Assembly (NCBI GenBank): GCA_964016885.1
Contig: OZ024747.1
Span: 39,494,001-39,558,000 of the forward strand
Reading direction: 5' to 3'
DNA from: Eledone cirrhosa
Lineage: Eukaryota
DNA: 64,000 nt
Shown here: positions 42,579 through 59,007 of the stretch, piece by piece
Position numbering within the stretch: the stretch's first letter is position 1
Layout of the letters: each line of letters starts with the position of its first letter
Translations under genes and position numbers: made by a program
Notes under the pieces: generated by a model
What the model was told of the DNA's origin: nothing
Seen by the model: only the letters and a program-made list of their open reading frames with translations
Database searches by the model: none

Positions 42579-45500
42579 GCAGTCAACGTGATCAGTCGTA
42601 TACTTTGGCGTGGGAGACTATTTATTAAATTTAAGATGAATACTATCTCCGACAGTAATGCCACAACTACAGTCATGTTGAATAACTGATTATTCTTCTA
42701 ACTATATCTTCTGAAGACACCTTTTATTCGAATTCGTAGAGATATCCGACTAAATACATAATTCATTTTACAAGGATTTGCTACCAACAGCATGGCTGAA
42801 CACAACATCAACAACAAAATTAAGGAAGTATCGAAGACAACCAACAAAAAGTGTAAACAAACTATATTCAGTTGTAGCTACAGAAGAAACCGAAATTATA
42901 AATCGCATTTCTCTTGGAGTTGCGAACTTAAGAATGATTTATTTAATTGTTACAACATGGTAAAAAAAACAATCCCTCCATTGGCTATATGAACAGAATG
43001 AAGCTACACTGGGACGAAATGCACTCAGAACTGAATTATTTCACAGCGAAACAATTACGCCAACAGGCGACGTTTGTTGAACGTAAAAATAAAATAAATA
43101 TTATTTATTGTAAGTCCCCCACTACAAACATATTATCAACAACACGTGCTACAGGTCGCCATGCAACTAGACTTCCTAGCAGCCAGGTCGAACAGCGTCT
43201 TGAAACAACTATGCCTGTAAGAAACTTGACACCACCTGTACCATCTAAGTCTACCTCGAATGCTGGGAAAAACACTATCGATAATATTAATAATCGAAGA
43301 AATAATAATAATAATCGAAGAAATTTGACACCACGTGTACCATCCGAGTCTACCTCGACTGTTGTGGAAATTACTATCTATAATGATAATAATCAAAAGT
43401 ATAAACAATTGAAATTTCCCCTCAACGAAATCTTCCAGAGAGAAATTAATTCATGTGTAAATATCTCTTTTGCTGAACGTATTAAAACGACATGTTTAAT
43501 AAAAAAACAAATAATGAAACGTGTTATTGTCGAAATAGTGGATGAATATTTACAACGGATAAAAACCCCAACATTTTCGCAAACCAACCTCTGTATATAT
43601 GCCTTAGCTACGACAGAACACCACTAAAAATACCATCATATATAACTAAAATAGAAAAAAAGATTGCTGACCTGCAAAAAACCATAGAATATGAGACAAT
43701 GTTCCTTACATGCAAACAAACAAAAAAATAACCTCACTCCTCACCAACAAAGAATGAAAAATAATATAGAGACGATGTTTGGTAATAGTAGAACCAGAAC
43801 TCTTCAATATAAGCTGATCACGCTCAAGCAAAAATTGAGAGCTGTTAGCGAAAAACGCCGATACCCGAAGAAGGTGGATGAGAGAAAAGTGCTTAATAAA
43901 AGATTCAGACGAAACCAAACATCAGTCTATAGAGATATGAAGAACAAAATAATAAGTGTCACTGAGGCCGCATCCCAGAAAGACATAGATTACTTTTGGA
44001 GAAATATATGGGGTGAAAAGAAGAATTTCAACCAAGATGCATTGTGGCTAAGAGAAATCCGAAAGAACTATTGCCCCTACACTACAACAAAAACATACGA
44101 AATAAGTGAGGGTATCCTTGAGACTGTGATAGGAAAACTCCAAGATAAGGAAACATCAGGAGGAGACATGATTGTCGGTTACTGGTACAAAAAACTAATA
44201 TTCTATCGGAGGTATCTTACTGACCTCTACCAACAAGTTCGTAAGGGAGATACACTTATACCAGAATGGTTGACATTAGCAAAAACATTACTGGTCCCCA
44301 AGAACAAAGACAACCACTTGGCAAAAAACTACCGACCCATTGCATGATGTATACAGCCTGCCTGAACCTATTCCCCCAAGATCACTGTGAAAATTATAAC
44401 ATCATCACAGATGAACAAGCAGCTGGAAAGAAAGGGTTTGGGGATGTGCTGAATAACTCCTAATCAACAAAACCGCGAAGTCGGAGGTGCGACAACTTAG
44501 GAGGAATATGGCTACAGTCTGGCTGGGCTCCAGGAAAGCTTTCGATTCTGTTCCCCTCTCTTGGATGATAGTAACCCTCCAACTTGCTAAAGTCCCAGAC
44601 ATTATTGTCTTCTTCTTGGACTACTTTACTAAGGTTAAAAACAGAGAGGGGGACTCTATTTTCACTGATAAAATAAAATATTGCAGGGGTATATTTCAGG
44701 GGGACAGTCTCTCTGGGATAATATTCAGCTAATCTTAGACCCCTTGTCCTTTCTGCTTAAGAAATGTGAGGGATACATCATTGGCTCACAGGAGGACAGA
44801 AATACGAACCTAACGCATAATTTCTTTGTGGACGATCTGAAAATCTATGCCATGAACATGGATATGTTGAAGAAAAATGTTGACCTGATTACAACGTTCT
44901 CAAAGGATATAGAAATGGAGTTTAGCCAAGATAAATGCTCATACATCACTGTAAATCGAGGAAAAACAACAACCCAATCTAGCAACATTGTCATCAATGG
45001 CCTAACTGTTTCACCGATATCTGATGAGGACTGTTACAGATACCTGAGAATAGATGAGAACATATCCTATAATAGTGTCTGTAATAAAGAACGCGTAACC
45101 AGGGAATACTACACCCGATTAAGAAAGATCTGGTCATCGGGACTCTCTGCGCAAAACAAAACAGTGGCTCACAATGTGTTTGTTGTGCCTGCCCTAACAC
45201 TAACGTTTGGAATACTTAATTGGACGATAGACGAAATCCGAGCAGTTGATGTTGGAACTCGAAAAATACTAAATAACACCGGACACCTCCACATCAACAG
45301 TGACACAGACCGCCTTTACTTGAAACGTAAGCAGTCCAGACAGCATTCCAGACAGCATTTGAAAGCCGCATCATATCTCTCCGACAACATCTACGAACCT
45401 CGATCAAGTCTATCTGCATGAAACAGATAAGATCATGAGAGTTGGGAAGGAACTCCTCGAGAGATATACCCTGTGTGATAATCAAAAGCACACACCCAGG

Positions 45501-46575
45501 GAAGTTGCTAGGCAGTATCGCATTAAATCCATGGATGAAAGATTGCTTGCTTATCAGCAAAAAATCATGCATGGATATGTTGCCAGGAAGCTCCAGAGTG
45601 AGAGTAATATAGATAAGGAAAGTAGTCTATCTTGGACCAACAGCCGCTATATTGGCTCCCACTTTGAAGGATACGCTTTTGCAATCCAAGAACAAGAGAT
45701 TAACACGAAATACCTGATTCACAAAAGAGATAGGGATGCAGGCAAAACACCTAGATGTGATAACAAGTGCAGACTCTGCAGAACTAATATCGAGGATATC
45801 ATCCATGCCATCAGCAGCTGTCCAAAGATGTCATGGCGGTACTATCTACCTATGAGGCATGATGTAGTGGCCAAAACACTGTACAATGCCGTTCGTAAAA
45901 AAGATAGCCCCGATAATAAACACATTAAAAGCTACAGCAATGTGGAAGACATCCATGTACATAATATGAAAGAGTACTGGTGGAATGTTCCATTGAAAAC
46001 CCCAATAAAATGCAGGCATAACAGACCAGATATTATGATATGGGATAGGGAGAAGAAAGCATGCACAGTAGTGGAAATTAGCTGCCCAGCAGATGCCAAT
46101 ATAATATAAAAGATTAGCGAAAAGGAGAATATTTATGCAGAACTGATGAGAAATTTGCAGATACTCCACCCTGTTTACATCTTCAGATTTATGCCTGTGA
46201 TTATTGTGGCACTGGGGTATGTTAGTAACTGTCTCAATACAAATCTTGAGAAGCTAGGCTTCACAGGAACAGAAACAACACTACTAGTTAGGAAATTACA
46301 AGTACAATCCATTAATGGAACAGTAAAAATATGTAAAACATTCAAAAGATTTTGCATCTAATAACTGCATATACACATGTACAGATACAAAGCATATACA
46401 CATGCCCACATCCAACTCAAAACATCCACATCCACACATACAATAACATCCATATCTACACATGCAGACATGCATACATAATCTACCTAGTTGATGTGTT
46501 AATTCCAATGAGAGAGTCTTGCATCAATGTTAGAAACCGACTCTCCCTCTATTGGTAATAAATTTGTGAAATCTT
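42579..46575 (+). mobile_element. R4/Dong-clade RLE non-LTR retrotransposon, near full length, pseudogenised (coding about 42947-46361)
   Basis: KNYRPIA, KAFDSVP, RGIFQGDSLS, THNFFVDDLKIY, Zn knuckle CRLC-x8-H-x4-C, RHDVV, RLE RPDIMIWD..VEISCP; many frameshifts. Confidence 0.92.
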
Positions 46576-46602
46576 ACATACATACATATATACATACATA
46601 CA

Positions 46603-46688
<86 letters not shown>

Positions 46689-46936
46689 ATATATATATGT
46701 ATATATATCTTTGGTTTGTGTAAACATTACGAGTTGGCGTAATAGTACACATTGCTCCGGCAAACCAAATATGTCGGTTCGTGTCCATGTACATCAATAC
46801 TCATCCTTGTTTTCCATTCAGAGGGTTTTTTTTAAATCCCACCTAACAGACTAATACTATGTAGTCAAATACGGCGTAAGCACATATTACTACATAATTT
46901 TCAAATTCACTAGCTGTTTGTAAACACACTCTCCTA

Positions 46937-47369
46937 TGTCTTTCCCCTCTATATATTGTATATATATACAATATATAGAGGGGAAAGACACAAGAGAATG
47001 TGTTTTTCATTACAGGAATTTCGAACCACCAGCGTGAGAAGAATATAAGCTACTAGAGGCATTGGTAAAACATTAAAATTAAAAGTATAATTATATATTT
47101 TAGTTCTCTCTCTAGTAGTGCAGACAATATTGGCCTCCCACATGCTGATGACCCACCGAGCCGTATTGGAACCCACTAAAATGGCGAAATATGCTCCTGG
47201 TGAGTGTGTACATCTGTGATTTAGGTGAGGATGGTTATTCATTTTAATTTATACTTTTAATTTTAATGTTTAACCAATGCCTCTAGTAGCTTATATTCTT
47301 CTCACGCTGGTGGTTCGAAATTCCTGTAATGAAAAACAGACTCTCCTCTGTCTTTCCCCTCTATATATT
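46937..47369. repeat. Inverted pLTR-like structure (arms about 46971-47092 and 47245-47369) plus head-to-head palindromic junction 46937-46990
   Basis: gaggggaaagaca..tttttcattacaggaatttcgaaccaccagcgtgagaagaatataagctactagaggcattgg is mirrored downstream. Confidence 0.88.
47135..47204 (+). ncRNA. HHR in the spacer of the inverted repeat
   Basis: ctcccacatg CTGATGA ..gccgt..atggc GAAA tatgc TC ctggtgag; imperfect stems. Confidence 0.55.
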
Positions 47370-47434
47370 ATATTTTAAAGTGCCCAGGATAACTATTTCC
47401 TTTGAGCTCATTTAATTAGACGTTAATGCACGTT

Positions 47435-47782
47435 TTTTTTTCCTTTTTCTTTTTTCTTTTCACTTCATAAACCTTGTTTGTAAATAACATTATTCTTTCT
47501 GCACCTTCTCTTTAACATGTGTGACACCACACTAATACATTTCACTATCATTGGATAATGCATAAAAATGCTGAAACCGGTAATAGACAATAATTAAATA
47601 TATAAATATATAAATAAATGCCATTGTTAAATAATAAATAAATCAACTAATACCTTAACACTTCACACAAAGTAAAACATTTCGTTTTAATCATTTTCTA
47701 ACCCAGAAAAAAGAGAGAGAGAAACAAAAAAGGAAAACAATATTTTTTTCTTCCTAATAATTGTCTCTTTCTCCCTGTCTTC

Positions 47783-47783
<1 letters not shown>
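47435..47783 (+). mobile_element. PLE family C solo pLTR (HHR 47545-47586)
   Basis: Homologous to about 13660-14015; ends in TA at the same point. Confidence 0.88.
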
Positions 47784-47819
<36 letters not shown>

Positions 47820-48964
47820 CGTGTGTGTGTGTGTGTGTGTTTGTGCGTGTGTGTGTGTGTATGTGTGGGCGTGTGTGTGTGTGCATCTCTGTGTATGTAG
47901 GCATCGGTATTTCTTCAGGTAAGATTTGGAAAATATTGATATACTATTTTCCCCACAAATAGTTATTCGTTTTGTCCTTAGAAGCTTTTCTAAACTTTGA
48001 TCTTGTCTATTCTTTTTTCATATTACATAGATGACCTTGATTTTGAAACTTACATTGAAATAGTCATTGTGAATATATTCCTCGTCTGCACAATAATGTT
48101 GTCGCCTACCATCGGATACATCGGTTGAAATGCATATCTGATAAAAGAGAACTATGTAGGAATTTATTACAATGCGACCTATTTTTCTCCTTTATCTATT
48201 TCATTAATATTGATTTCTTTGACGACGCACAAGCATGAACACACACAAATAAAGATTTTTGTTTCTTTTTATGTTTTTCTGTTCATAAATTTTATTATGA
48301 AACTAATGTCAAATTATTTCACTAATAATTCAAATACGAATGACTGTGTATATGGAGAGAGCCACTAGTATATGTGTAAAAATATGTTTTCTTGAGTATA
48401 TTGATTTTTTTTCTTGGATATAGCCCAGATTATATACATAATACCATAGCGACAATGAGTCAATGTCTGGAAACTCTGTATGAGAAATCTATTTGGAGTG
48501 ATCTAATATAATTATTGACTTAAAATCCCCCATGAGATAACGTGAATTCTCAATCGAAGTATCGAGATTTGGACTTTCTTCGGTCTCAGTTCATATATAT
48601 ATATGCGTTGATACAGTCAAAATATATCAAAGAGATCATACGAGGGATTATTTATCCTATTGTTTATATTCAGTTATACGTATCCGGCAAATATCGTCTA
48701 TTGGTATTAAGTTTGCCCAGCACAGTTGGGCAAACACGCACTTAAACCTCTCTTCCGTCATCAACCACGAGTGATTAAACAAATACATATAATTAAAGCA
48801 ATAAAGAGTTGCATCTCTCACGAAACAGTTTGTTGAAGACACCAAGTACAACCAATCTCGTTTATAGCCACTTCAAAAACAGTATATCATATAACACGAG
48901 AAAAACAACATTACTAATGAGTAAAATAGAATTTGTTTCATTCACCGTTCTACAAGATAATTAC

Positions 48965-49180
48965 AACCTGCGGGGTCCCTTCCTCATGCGGGCTGCTACC
49001 CAATCGATGTTACGGAGGGGATCAGCTGTCTGGGGTCCGAGGACACCTGAGATCTCGACTACGACTGGTTCCAAGAGAAGTCGGCCAAACAAGCTCCGGT
49101 ATTTGCTAATCTTCCTGCCCTCTACACAGCGAACCATGATACCGTGGTTTATGGCTGAGGCGACTAACTTGGAGGCGTGC
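48965..49180 (-). mobile_element. CRE-like LINE short RLE fragment, followed by a 42-bp tandem duplication (49176-49259)
   Basis: KYRSL..EPVVVEISGVLGP resembles 22500-22690. Confidence 0.65.
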
Positions 49181-51428
49181 AATTTAATAAATTATACAAC
49201 AGGAGCTGTATAAATTACGTGCAATTTAATAAATTATACAACAGGAGCTGTATAAATTACAATAATTCGTTCTTGTGTTGTTGCATAACCAGTTAATCTC
49301 TGAAAACAATATAAAATATTCTGAGTCCGGTATTAAAATAGTATGTAGCTGATCTGCGCGCGCGTGTGCGTGCGTGTGTGTGTATATGTGTTTTTGTAAG
49401 CGTGTATGTATGTGTTTGTATATATGCTTACATGCGACAATTACTTCTTTACAGATAGAATATATCTGTGACAGGTTGAATACATAATTCAGTCCGTGGT
49501 GTATATTCGTACGTTGTGTGCTATTCAATAAGTCATTGCATGTCAATACTTATCAGATTACAAGAGGTAGCTTGTCCAGTAATTGAGGCTTCACTTTTTG
49601 TTAATTCAGTAAGGATAGATTAACAATATACAACTATGTTATAATAGAAACTCTCTCTATTATTTCTGTTCTCTATCCAATTTAATCATTCGTGATGGTT
49701 ACATACATAGATCTCTGAATGGTAGAATGATATACGCTAAATGCAGAAACATGTACGTTATTATAAATTACCTGCTTGTTTGTCTGTGTTTATGTAGACA
49801 GATTAGTCTGCATTCTTTCATGCTTTCTATAATCTTCAACCAAATGTACTAAATAGAATTTCGAACCAGAAACTAGTTGAATATGATATTTTTTTCACTG
49901 TTTGCTTTTAATCAATTACGAAGCATTATTACTCTTTATGATACGTATAGAAAAATGGACTGCAGGCTATGAATATTTGGTAGACAATCTCTTTTCTGTC
50001 ATCAAGAACCATGTGTAGGTTGAGACGAACAATCCAGACAAGAGAAAGAAGCTAGAATAGGAGACTAAAATTGAATACACTTCTTGTGAGGAGGCTTCAT
50101 GTTACGTTACAATATTATTATTTCTATTTGATTATTAAAATGACGTGCTTAATTATAGAAGGGACATCAGCTTAGTTACACGAAATAATCTCCTGTCAGC
50201 TTTCCAACGTCAGATGTTCGTTATATAATTATAGTTTGTTGTTTCGTATATTTTTTTTATTTCGTTTCCTTCTTTCATTTAATTGTTTATTTTATGTTAT
50301 TCAACCGTCAAACTTTTACAACTTTCAAAGTCCATATTAAACAGACCGGTTTATTTTTAATGGATTATTTATTATTATTATTCTATTATAATATATACGT
50401 CACTTCTTTGTACGGAGAAACAGAACTGACTGACTAGACTATTAGGAATTTCAAGAATGTTTTTCAGATCTTTTAGTGTCATAAAATTATTTAAAATACT
50501 GTTATGGTTGTACTTCAAGAACTAGTCATTTTATCGTTCTCGAATATGTCCCTGGTGCGATATATGCTGCATATTGAGTGTATAAATGACGGAAATATCA
50601 GAGAGTAGAGATAATTACATAAATATCTAAAGTTCTTATAGTCATCAGATGTAATGCTTCCAGTATTCGTTCCGACTTGCTGCGTTCTTGTTTCACATCC
50701 TGCCGAGGTCGACTCTAAGAAGAATAAGAAAAAAAACAAACAACCGACTTTGTTCAAGGATGTACTCTGGCAAGTTTAAAGTGCCAAATTGTCACTATAG
50801 CGAGCGGTGTTAGATGAAAAGGAAACGAAGTACCGCAGTAAACTTGTTGGCTTGTTATGATTTCTTGTTCTCATGAAACAATACAAATGGGGATAACCTT
50901 TTCCACAAATATAAACGATATTGAAAATATTTGGTATAACTGTAGAATGAGATGCGATCAAATATAAAAAAAAATTATTTGAAGTCATTCGGAGAGGCTA
51001 GATATTTTATCTAATATCTATCAACACTATATATATAGAGAGAGATAATTTAATATATCTACTAACATAAGCGCACAGATGTATATTTGCTGGCATTAGC
51101 GGACATCTGTGCGCTTATGTTAGTAGATATATTAAATTATCTATATTTGTCTCCAAATCACTGATTTGTCGAGCAAACCTGCCAAAACCACTTCTAAATT
51201 TGTTTGGGGGTGTTAGTAGGCGTCTGTCATCTTACCATCCCATTCCTACTGACTAGCCTCTGTGTCACGTGATTGATTCTTTAGAATCGGCCATTTGACC
51301 AGTGACAGTGAGAATTTTCAGTGCCTGGAATCCAGTCCTCGATAGCTGTTCCATTTACCGAATTATTATTATTTTTATATGAGTCTCCAGTGTCCGCGCA
51401 TTGCCTGGAGACTTGGCTGAGAATAGAC

Positions 51429-51508
51429 CTCCCTGATGACGCAATGAAATTCTCAACAGTTCATTACGTAACTGTCTTTATCCCATTGCAGAAACTAATT
51501 AGTTGGAG
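51429..51508 (+). ncRNA. Type I HHR, unit 1
   Basis: ctcc CTGATGA c gcaatg..acagtt..aactgt..cattgc a GAAA ctaattag TT ggag; predicted cleavage after 51504. Confidence 0.9.
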
Positions 51509-51981
51509 TGAAAATTTAAGTAAGTAAGTTAATTTTTTTAAAGTTTTTTTTAAAAATGTTCTTATTTTACGTCTTTTATATTATTGTTCTGCATCCTCCT
51601 GCATTGAACCACCTAGGTACTATGACATAACCTGTGTATTTTCTGGCATTAGCGTACATCTGTGCGCTTATGTTAGTAGATATATTAAATTATCTATATT
51701 TATCTCCAAATCACTGATTTGTCGAGCAAACCTGCCAAAACCACTTCTAAATTTTTTTGGGGGTGTTAGTAGGCGTCTGTCATCTTACCATCCCATTCCT
51801 ACTGACTAGCCTCTGTGTCACGTGATTGATTCTTTAGAATCGGCCATTTGACCAGTGACAGTGAGAATTTTCAGTGCCTGGAATCCAGTCCTCGATAGCT
51901 GTTCCATTTACCGAATTATTATTATTTTTATATGAGTCTCCAGTGTCCGCGCATTGCCTGGAGACTTGGATGAGAATAGAC

Positions 51982-52061
51982 CTCCCTGATGACGCAATGA
52001 AATTCTCAACAGTTCATTACGTAACTGTCTTTATCCCATTGCAGAAACTAATTAGTTGGAG
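51982..52061 (+). ncRNA. Type I HHR, unit 2
   Basis: Identical to unit 1; predicted cleavage after 52057. Confidence 0.9.
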
Positions 52062-52534
52062 TGAAAATTTAAGTAAGTAAGTTAATTTTTTTAAAGTTTT
52101 TTTTAAAAATGTTCTTATTTTACGTCTTTTATATTATTGTTCTGCATCCTCCTGCATTGAACCACCTAGGTACTATGACATAACCTGTGTATTTTCTGGC
52201 ATTAGCGTACATCTGTGCGCTTATGTTAGTAGATATATTAAATTATCTATATTTATCTCCAAATCACTGATTTGTCGAGCAAACCTGCCAAAACCACTTC
52301 TAAATTTTTTTGGGGGTGTTAGTAGGCGTCTGTCATCTTACCATCCCATTCCTACTGACTAGCCTCTGTGTCACGTGATTGATTCTTTAGAATCGGCCAT
52401 TTGACCAGTGACAGTGAGAATTTTCAGTGCCTGGAATCCAGTCCTCGATAGCTGTTCCATTTACCGAATTATTATTATTTTTATATGAGTCTCCAGTGTC
52501 CGCGCATTGCCTGGAGACTTGGATGAGAATAGAC

Positions 52535-52614
52535 CTCCCTGATGACGCAATGAAATTCTCAACAGTTCATTACGTAACTGTCTTTATCCCATTGCAGAAA
52601 CTAATTAGTTGGAG
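52535..52614 (+). ncRNA. Type I HHR, unit 3
   Basis: Identical to unit 1; predicted cleavage after 52610. Confidence 0.9.
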
Positions 52615-52674
52615 TGAAAATTTTTTTTTTTTATTTTTTTTTTTTATTTTTTTTTTTAATTTTCTTATTTTACG

Positions 52675-54872
<2,198 letters not shown>

Positions 54873-54884
54873 GTATATATATAT

Positions 54885-55120
54885 ATAACAAAGGAATTGT
54901 GGTAAGGAACCAGATGGACCATAACACACCAGAGTACTCAATACTTAGGGTAGTAGTGTGGGAAATAGGAAAAAGTATGACCCTCGACGGCAGAGCTCAA
55001 GCCGTTTCGACGGCTATTTCTGGACTAAATTAGAATTTCACCAGGCTAAAAATTCTAATTTAGTCCAGAAATAGCCGTCGAAACGGCTTGAGCCCTGCCG
55101 TCGGGGGTCATACTTTTTCT
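54885..55120. mobile_element. Family I pLTR fragment with 70-bp inverted arms (54969-55038 and 55050-55119), broken inside HHR stem II
   Basis: agccgtc GAAA cggc..gccg TC gggg half-ribozyme on both arms; homologous to 60260-60403. Confidence 0.8.
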
Positions 55121-55128
55121 TATATATA

Positions 55129-55199
<71 letters not shown>

Positions 55200-55254
55200 T
55201 ATATATATATGTACATACATACACGCACTCACAGATATGTATATTATTATTGTT

Positions 55255-55445
55255 GGATTGGCAGTATCGGTAGAGCGTGAAGCACCATGCTTTGTAGTAT
55301 AGAGTTATGGCCCTTTACGTTCTGAGTTAAAATCCCGTCGAGGTTAAGTCAGCCTTTCATCCTTACGGGGTCGATAAAATAAAGTACCAGTAATGCACTG
55401 GGGTAATTGCTGGCCTTGTGCCCAAAGTAGAAACAGTTATTATCA
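55255..55445 (+). mobile_element. tRNA-derived SINE (octopus-type)
   Basis: Homologous to 599-785. Confidence 0.85.
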
Positions 55446-56584
55446 TTATCATTATTATATAACATTTATGTTTATCAATAACAATAATTCATCGTTTTCA
55501 ATATATAATTATATTCTGAACATTCCCATATGTCTGATTGAAAAGGAGAAATACGCGAAAAATATAAATCTCGATGCTTACATGGTTGGTGTTAAATTGA
55601 CGTTTATAATATACATTGCATTAACAATTCATGGTTGCTGATATAAAATCTATGAAAGTTATTTTTGGTGATCCCAACAACATATTTAACTTTCCTTCTC
55701 AGGTAGTTAAATAAATTTTGTTTTAAAATTTCCAGAAAATTAACTAAACTCATGCTCAAGATCTTCTATTTAAAGATATTTAGAAACGACTCCTTTTATA
55801 ACCCCCATATCTGTCCGTATGTATAATGTGATATAATTTGGTTCCAGCTTATGAAGCTTAACCCGGTTCAAAAGAGATAATTCTCATATTTATCTAAAAG
55901 TTACTTCTCTCATTGGTGAAAATGTTACGCTAATTTAATATTAGTTCTTTTCCACTTTGCAATTATATAAATCGAAACTGCCAGTTTTAAAGAAACACTA
56001 TATGTCTGATTATCGAACAGGAAAATATCATAATAGGTTTTAGAATAGTTATAAGAAAGCATACAGCGAATACAAATGTATACCGCATTTACTGATTATC
56101 TCTGGTCGGCACAGTCTTTGTAATTTATAGTTTGATTAATAGGTGTATCCTAGCCAAATTTTCTGCTGTTTCTATACCCAAAATTCGAGGTGTTGTTACG
56201 AATAAGTGACTGATATAAGAGATGAGGTTTCATTTATTTTCTTTATTGCTTCGTGGCTCAGAGTTTAGGTCAACTTGCTACTATAGATGGCTGACCCACA
56301 CATGTGGCAGATTCACCCCGTAATCTTATTAAATTAAGGTTTGTTGCACAATGTGAAGCATAAGATTGTGTTTTTTTCATTACCGAAGTATTAAACAGGT
56401 ACGAAACACAACAAGGGTGTTTGAATGGTGAGTGAAAAATGCAATTGATGATACTATTGTAGTTCAAAATAACAAAACAAGTGACCCAGCATATTTTTGT
56501 GTGAGAATTAGCATTAAAGTCAACTGGGACGTTAACGTCAGATAATGAGGATGTAGAATAAATATCACCGGATGGGAGATAATC

Positions 56585-56784
56585 TACGACGGTCTGCTGA
56601 AAAGTTCATAAGCTGACCAGAATACTCTCATGGAATGACCAAATGAGGCTTTTCTTCAACATATTCCCTGGATATAAACAATGCAGTTAATAAGAAGAAT
56701 TAAAATTAATGCATTCAAGATTTTTCACAGCACTAGCATCACACCGTCATAATTAGCCTGTGAACTTTTCAGCCAACCCTCGTA
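56585..56784. mobile_element. Tc1/mariner-type MITE with TA target duplication
   Basis: TA-cgacggtctgctgaaaagttcataagct ... agcctgtgaacttttcagccaaccctcg-TA; imperfect TIRs of about 28 bp of mariner CGAGGG type. Confidence 0.8.
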
Positions 56785-57002
56785 ACATGATGTCTAATAT
56801 TTAGTTGGGTGTGTGCATTTAACTGTTAATCAGCAGGAAGGAAATATTATAACTGATCACTGTAAGCTTAGGAGTAGCTTGGGTATCAACTTCGAATGAC
56901 AGCCGCTCTGATTAATATGCATTTCTCTATATTATTTGCTATTATACTAGATTAATTCTGTCTTTAATCATTTTAGGTTTTAATCTTCGGGCGCTAGTAA
57001 GA

Positions 57003-57145
57003 TAATTATTTCTACTTTTGGCACAAGGCCAGCAATTAATCCAGGGTATTACTGGTACTTTACTTTATCGACCCCATAAGGATGAAAGGCAAAGTTAACC
57101 TCGGCGGGATTTGAACTCAGAACATAAAGGGCCGTAACTCTAAGA
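57003..57145 (-). mobile_element. tRNA-derived SINE (octopus-type)
   Basis: Reverse complement of the 645-785 core, including the B-box. Confidence 0.85.
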
Positions 57146-58133
57146 TAATGATGTCAAAATACGTCCACGTAAGCTATCAGTACTTTAGATGTCTCAAAAT
57201 ATAACTCAATATTCTACCTCAGTTTTACAACACTTAGTAACGGTAGAAAAAGTAACAGCACATGTAACGTATGTATGCGAACTAACGATGTTTAAGCTGA
57301 GAATGATACAAGCTGTTAAACCTAACGATTTAGTGTCTGTAGAGAACATACTGAATGCATCGACAATACATTTATTTTTAAAACAATGAAGGTGAAGCAG
57401 AATACATTTTAATCCATATCGCCCAAAAGCCTCGAAAGTAATTGTCATTGGTTTCTGTTATCTAATTCGCATTCGTTTCACTAGCAAAACTGTATCGAAA
57501 TTTGCTACAGGTCATTTACGACGCCAAATGGAAATTTGTCTCCGGAGATATATAGTAATAACCTACTACACTCTAGAAGATATTTCCTTTTTTTTTTCTT
57601 ATTGAATGCTATGGAGGCTATTTCTCCTGCCACGTATATCTATATTAAAATCTACATGACGTTCCTTGAATATAAATGTGATTAATGAAGGATGTAACAG
57701 GAAAGATAAATACAATTTAGAGCTACGAGCAATATTATATTTAAAAAAGCAATAACTGGGACTAACAAAACAGCTTCTAGATTAAATTATTTGACGTCCA
57801 TTTTAAATTTTGCAAACATATAAATCTATTATTATACAGTAACGTTTCTAAATATATCTTATGTACAAATCAATGAAGCACAATTTTGTTTATAAATAAA
57901 AGAAAAAGAGAGATATAAAAGAATAAATTCAAGCTGGTATTCAGAGGATTTTCTGCACATTCTTAACTTCAAATCTATTATAGCACGATGTTAAATATCA
58001 ACCCCTCCAGGGATTTATAAAAGCAAGAGCTATACCCATTTCTAAAACTACAACTTTTGTGGCTTGCATACACATATCAACATGTTTCTTGAAGAAAAGC
58101 ATAGTTGTGCAGAAATATATATAAATATTTAGG

Positions 58134-58196
<63 letters not shown>

Positions 58197-58267
58197 TCGA
58201 CTACACATTTATTTTTAATACAATAATGGTGAAGCAGAATACATTTTAATTATATATATATATATAT

Positions 58268-58971
58268 ACTAGCTGAATTACCTGGCGTTGCCTGGGTTAC
58301 TGCTGTTCTTATTCAGATTAGTAAACAATAAATATGTGGGTTTTTTCTCACAATTATTTGAAAATATCTATATTTTATTTTGTTTAAATATCAAAATTAT
58401 AATAATAGTAGAATTTAGAAATGAAAATCTGTCAAACGTGAAGCACCTTAGGGTAAATATTCATTGTGTAATTTTTTTTGTTGGTGTCCAAATGAATAAA
58501 TTGTTGCTCACGCACATACACTCACATACACTCACACACACTCACACACACTCACATACATATACAAAGACAGACACACACAGACATACATTCACGCACA
58601 CTTCTCTGTCATCACATATGTATATGTATGTGTAGATGTGTGTGTGTGTTTAATTGTCTATATGCATGTGTAGATGTGTGTGTGCGATTAATTCTCTGAG
58701 GCCTAACGTATGTAACAAACTCGCAAACACACACACACTCACAGACACATACACACTCATTTATAATGTGGCGTCATCGTGGTGGTGGTGGTTTACTATA
58801 ATTCACTCTAGAAATGTTATTTTAGATAAAATATTTAATTTTTTATAAACCATATGAAAATAAAAATTACATGTTGACACGCCCGGGGTTTAATACCTGG
58901 TAAACTTGTAAAATTTGATTTGATTTGGTTCGGCCGTTTGAGAATGCATAGGAACAGATAGACAGACACAG

Positions 58972-58978
<7 letters not shown>
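58268..58978 (-). mobile_element. Probable non-autonomous Helitron
   Basis: Minus-strand 3' end CTAG|T preceded by the GC hairpin acccaggcaacgccaggt; (CTGT)-like repeats near the 5' end; sits in a TA tract. Confidence 0.55.

Positions 58979-59004
<26 letters not shown>

Positions 59005-59007
<3 letters not shown>

Noticed and set aside
51321-51527. 68-aa ORF repeated three times in the 553-bp array
   Set aside because: GTG start and no recognisable motif; the repetition simply reflects the tandem duplication.
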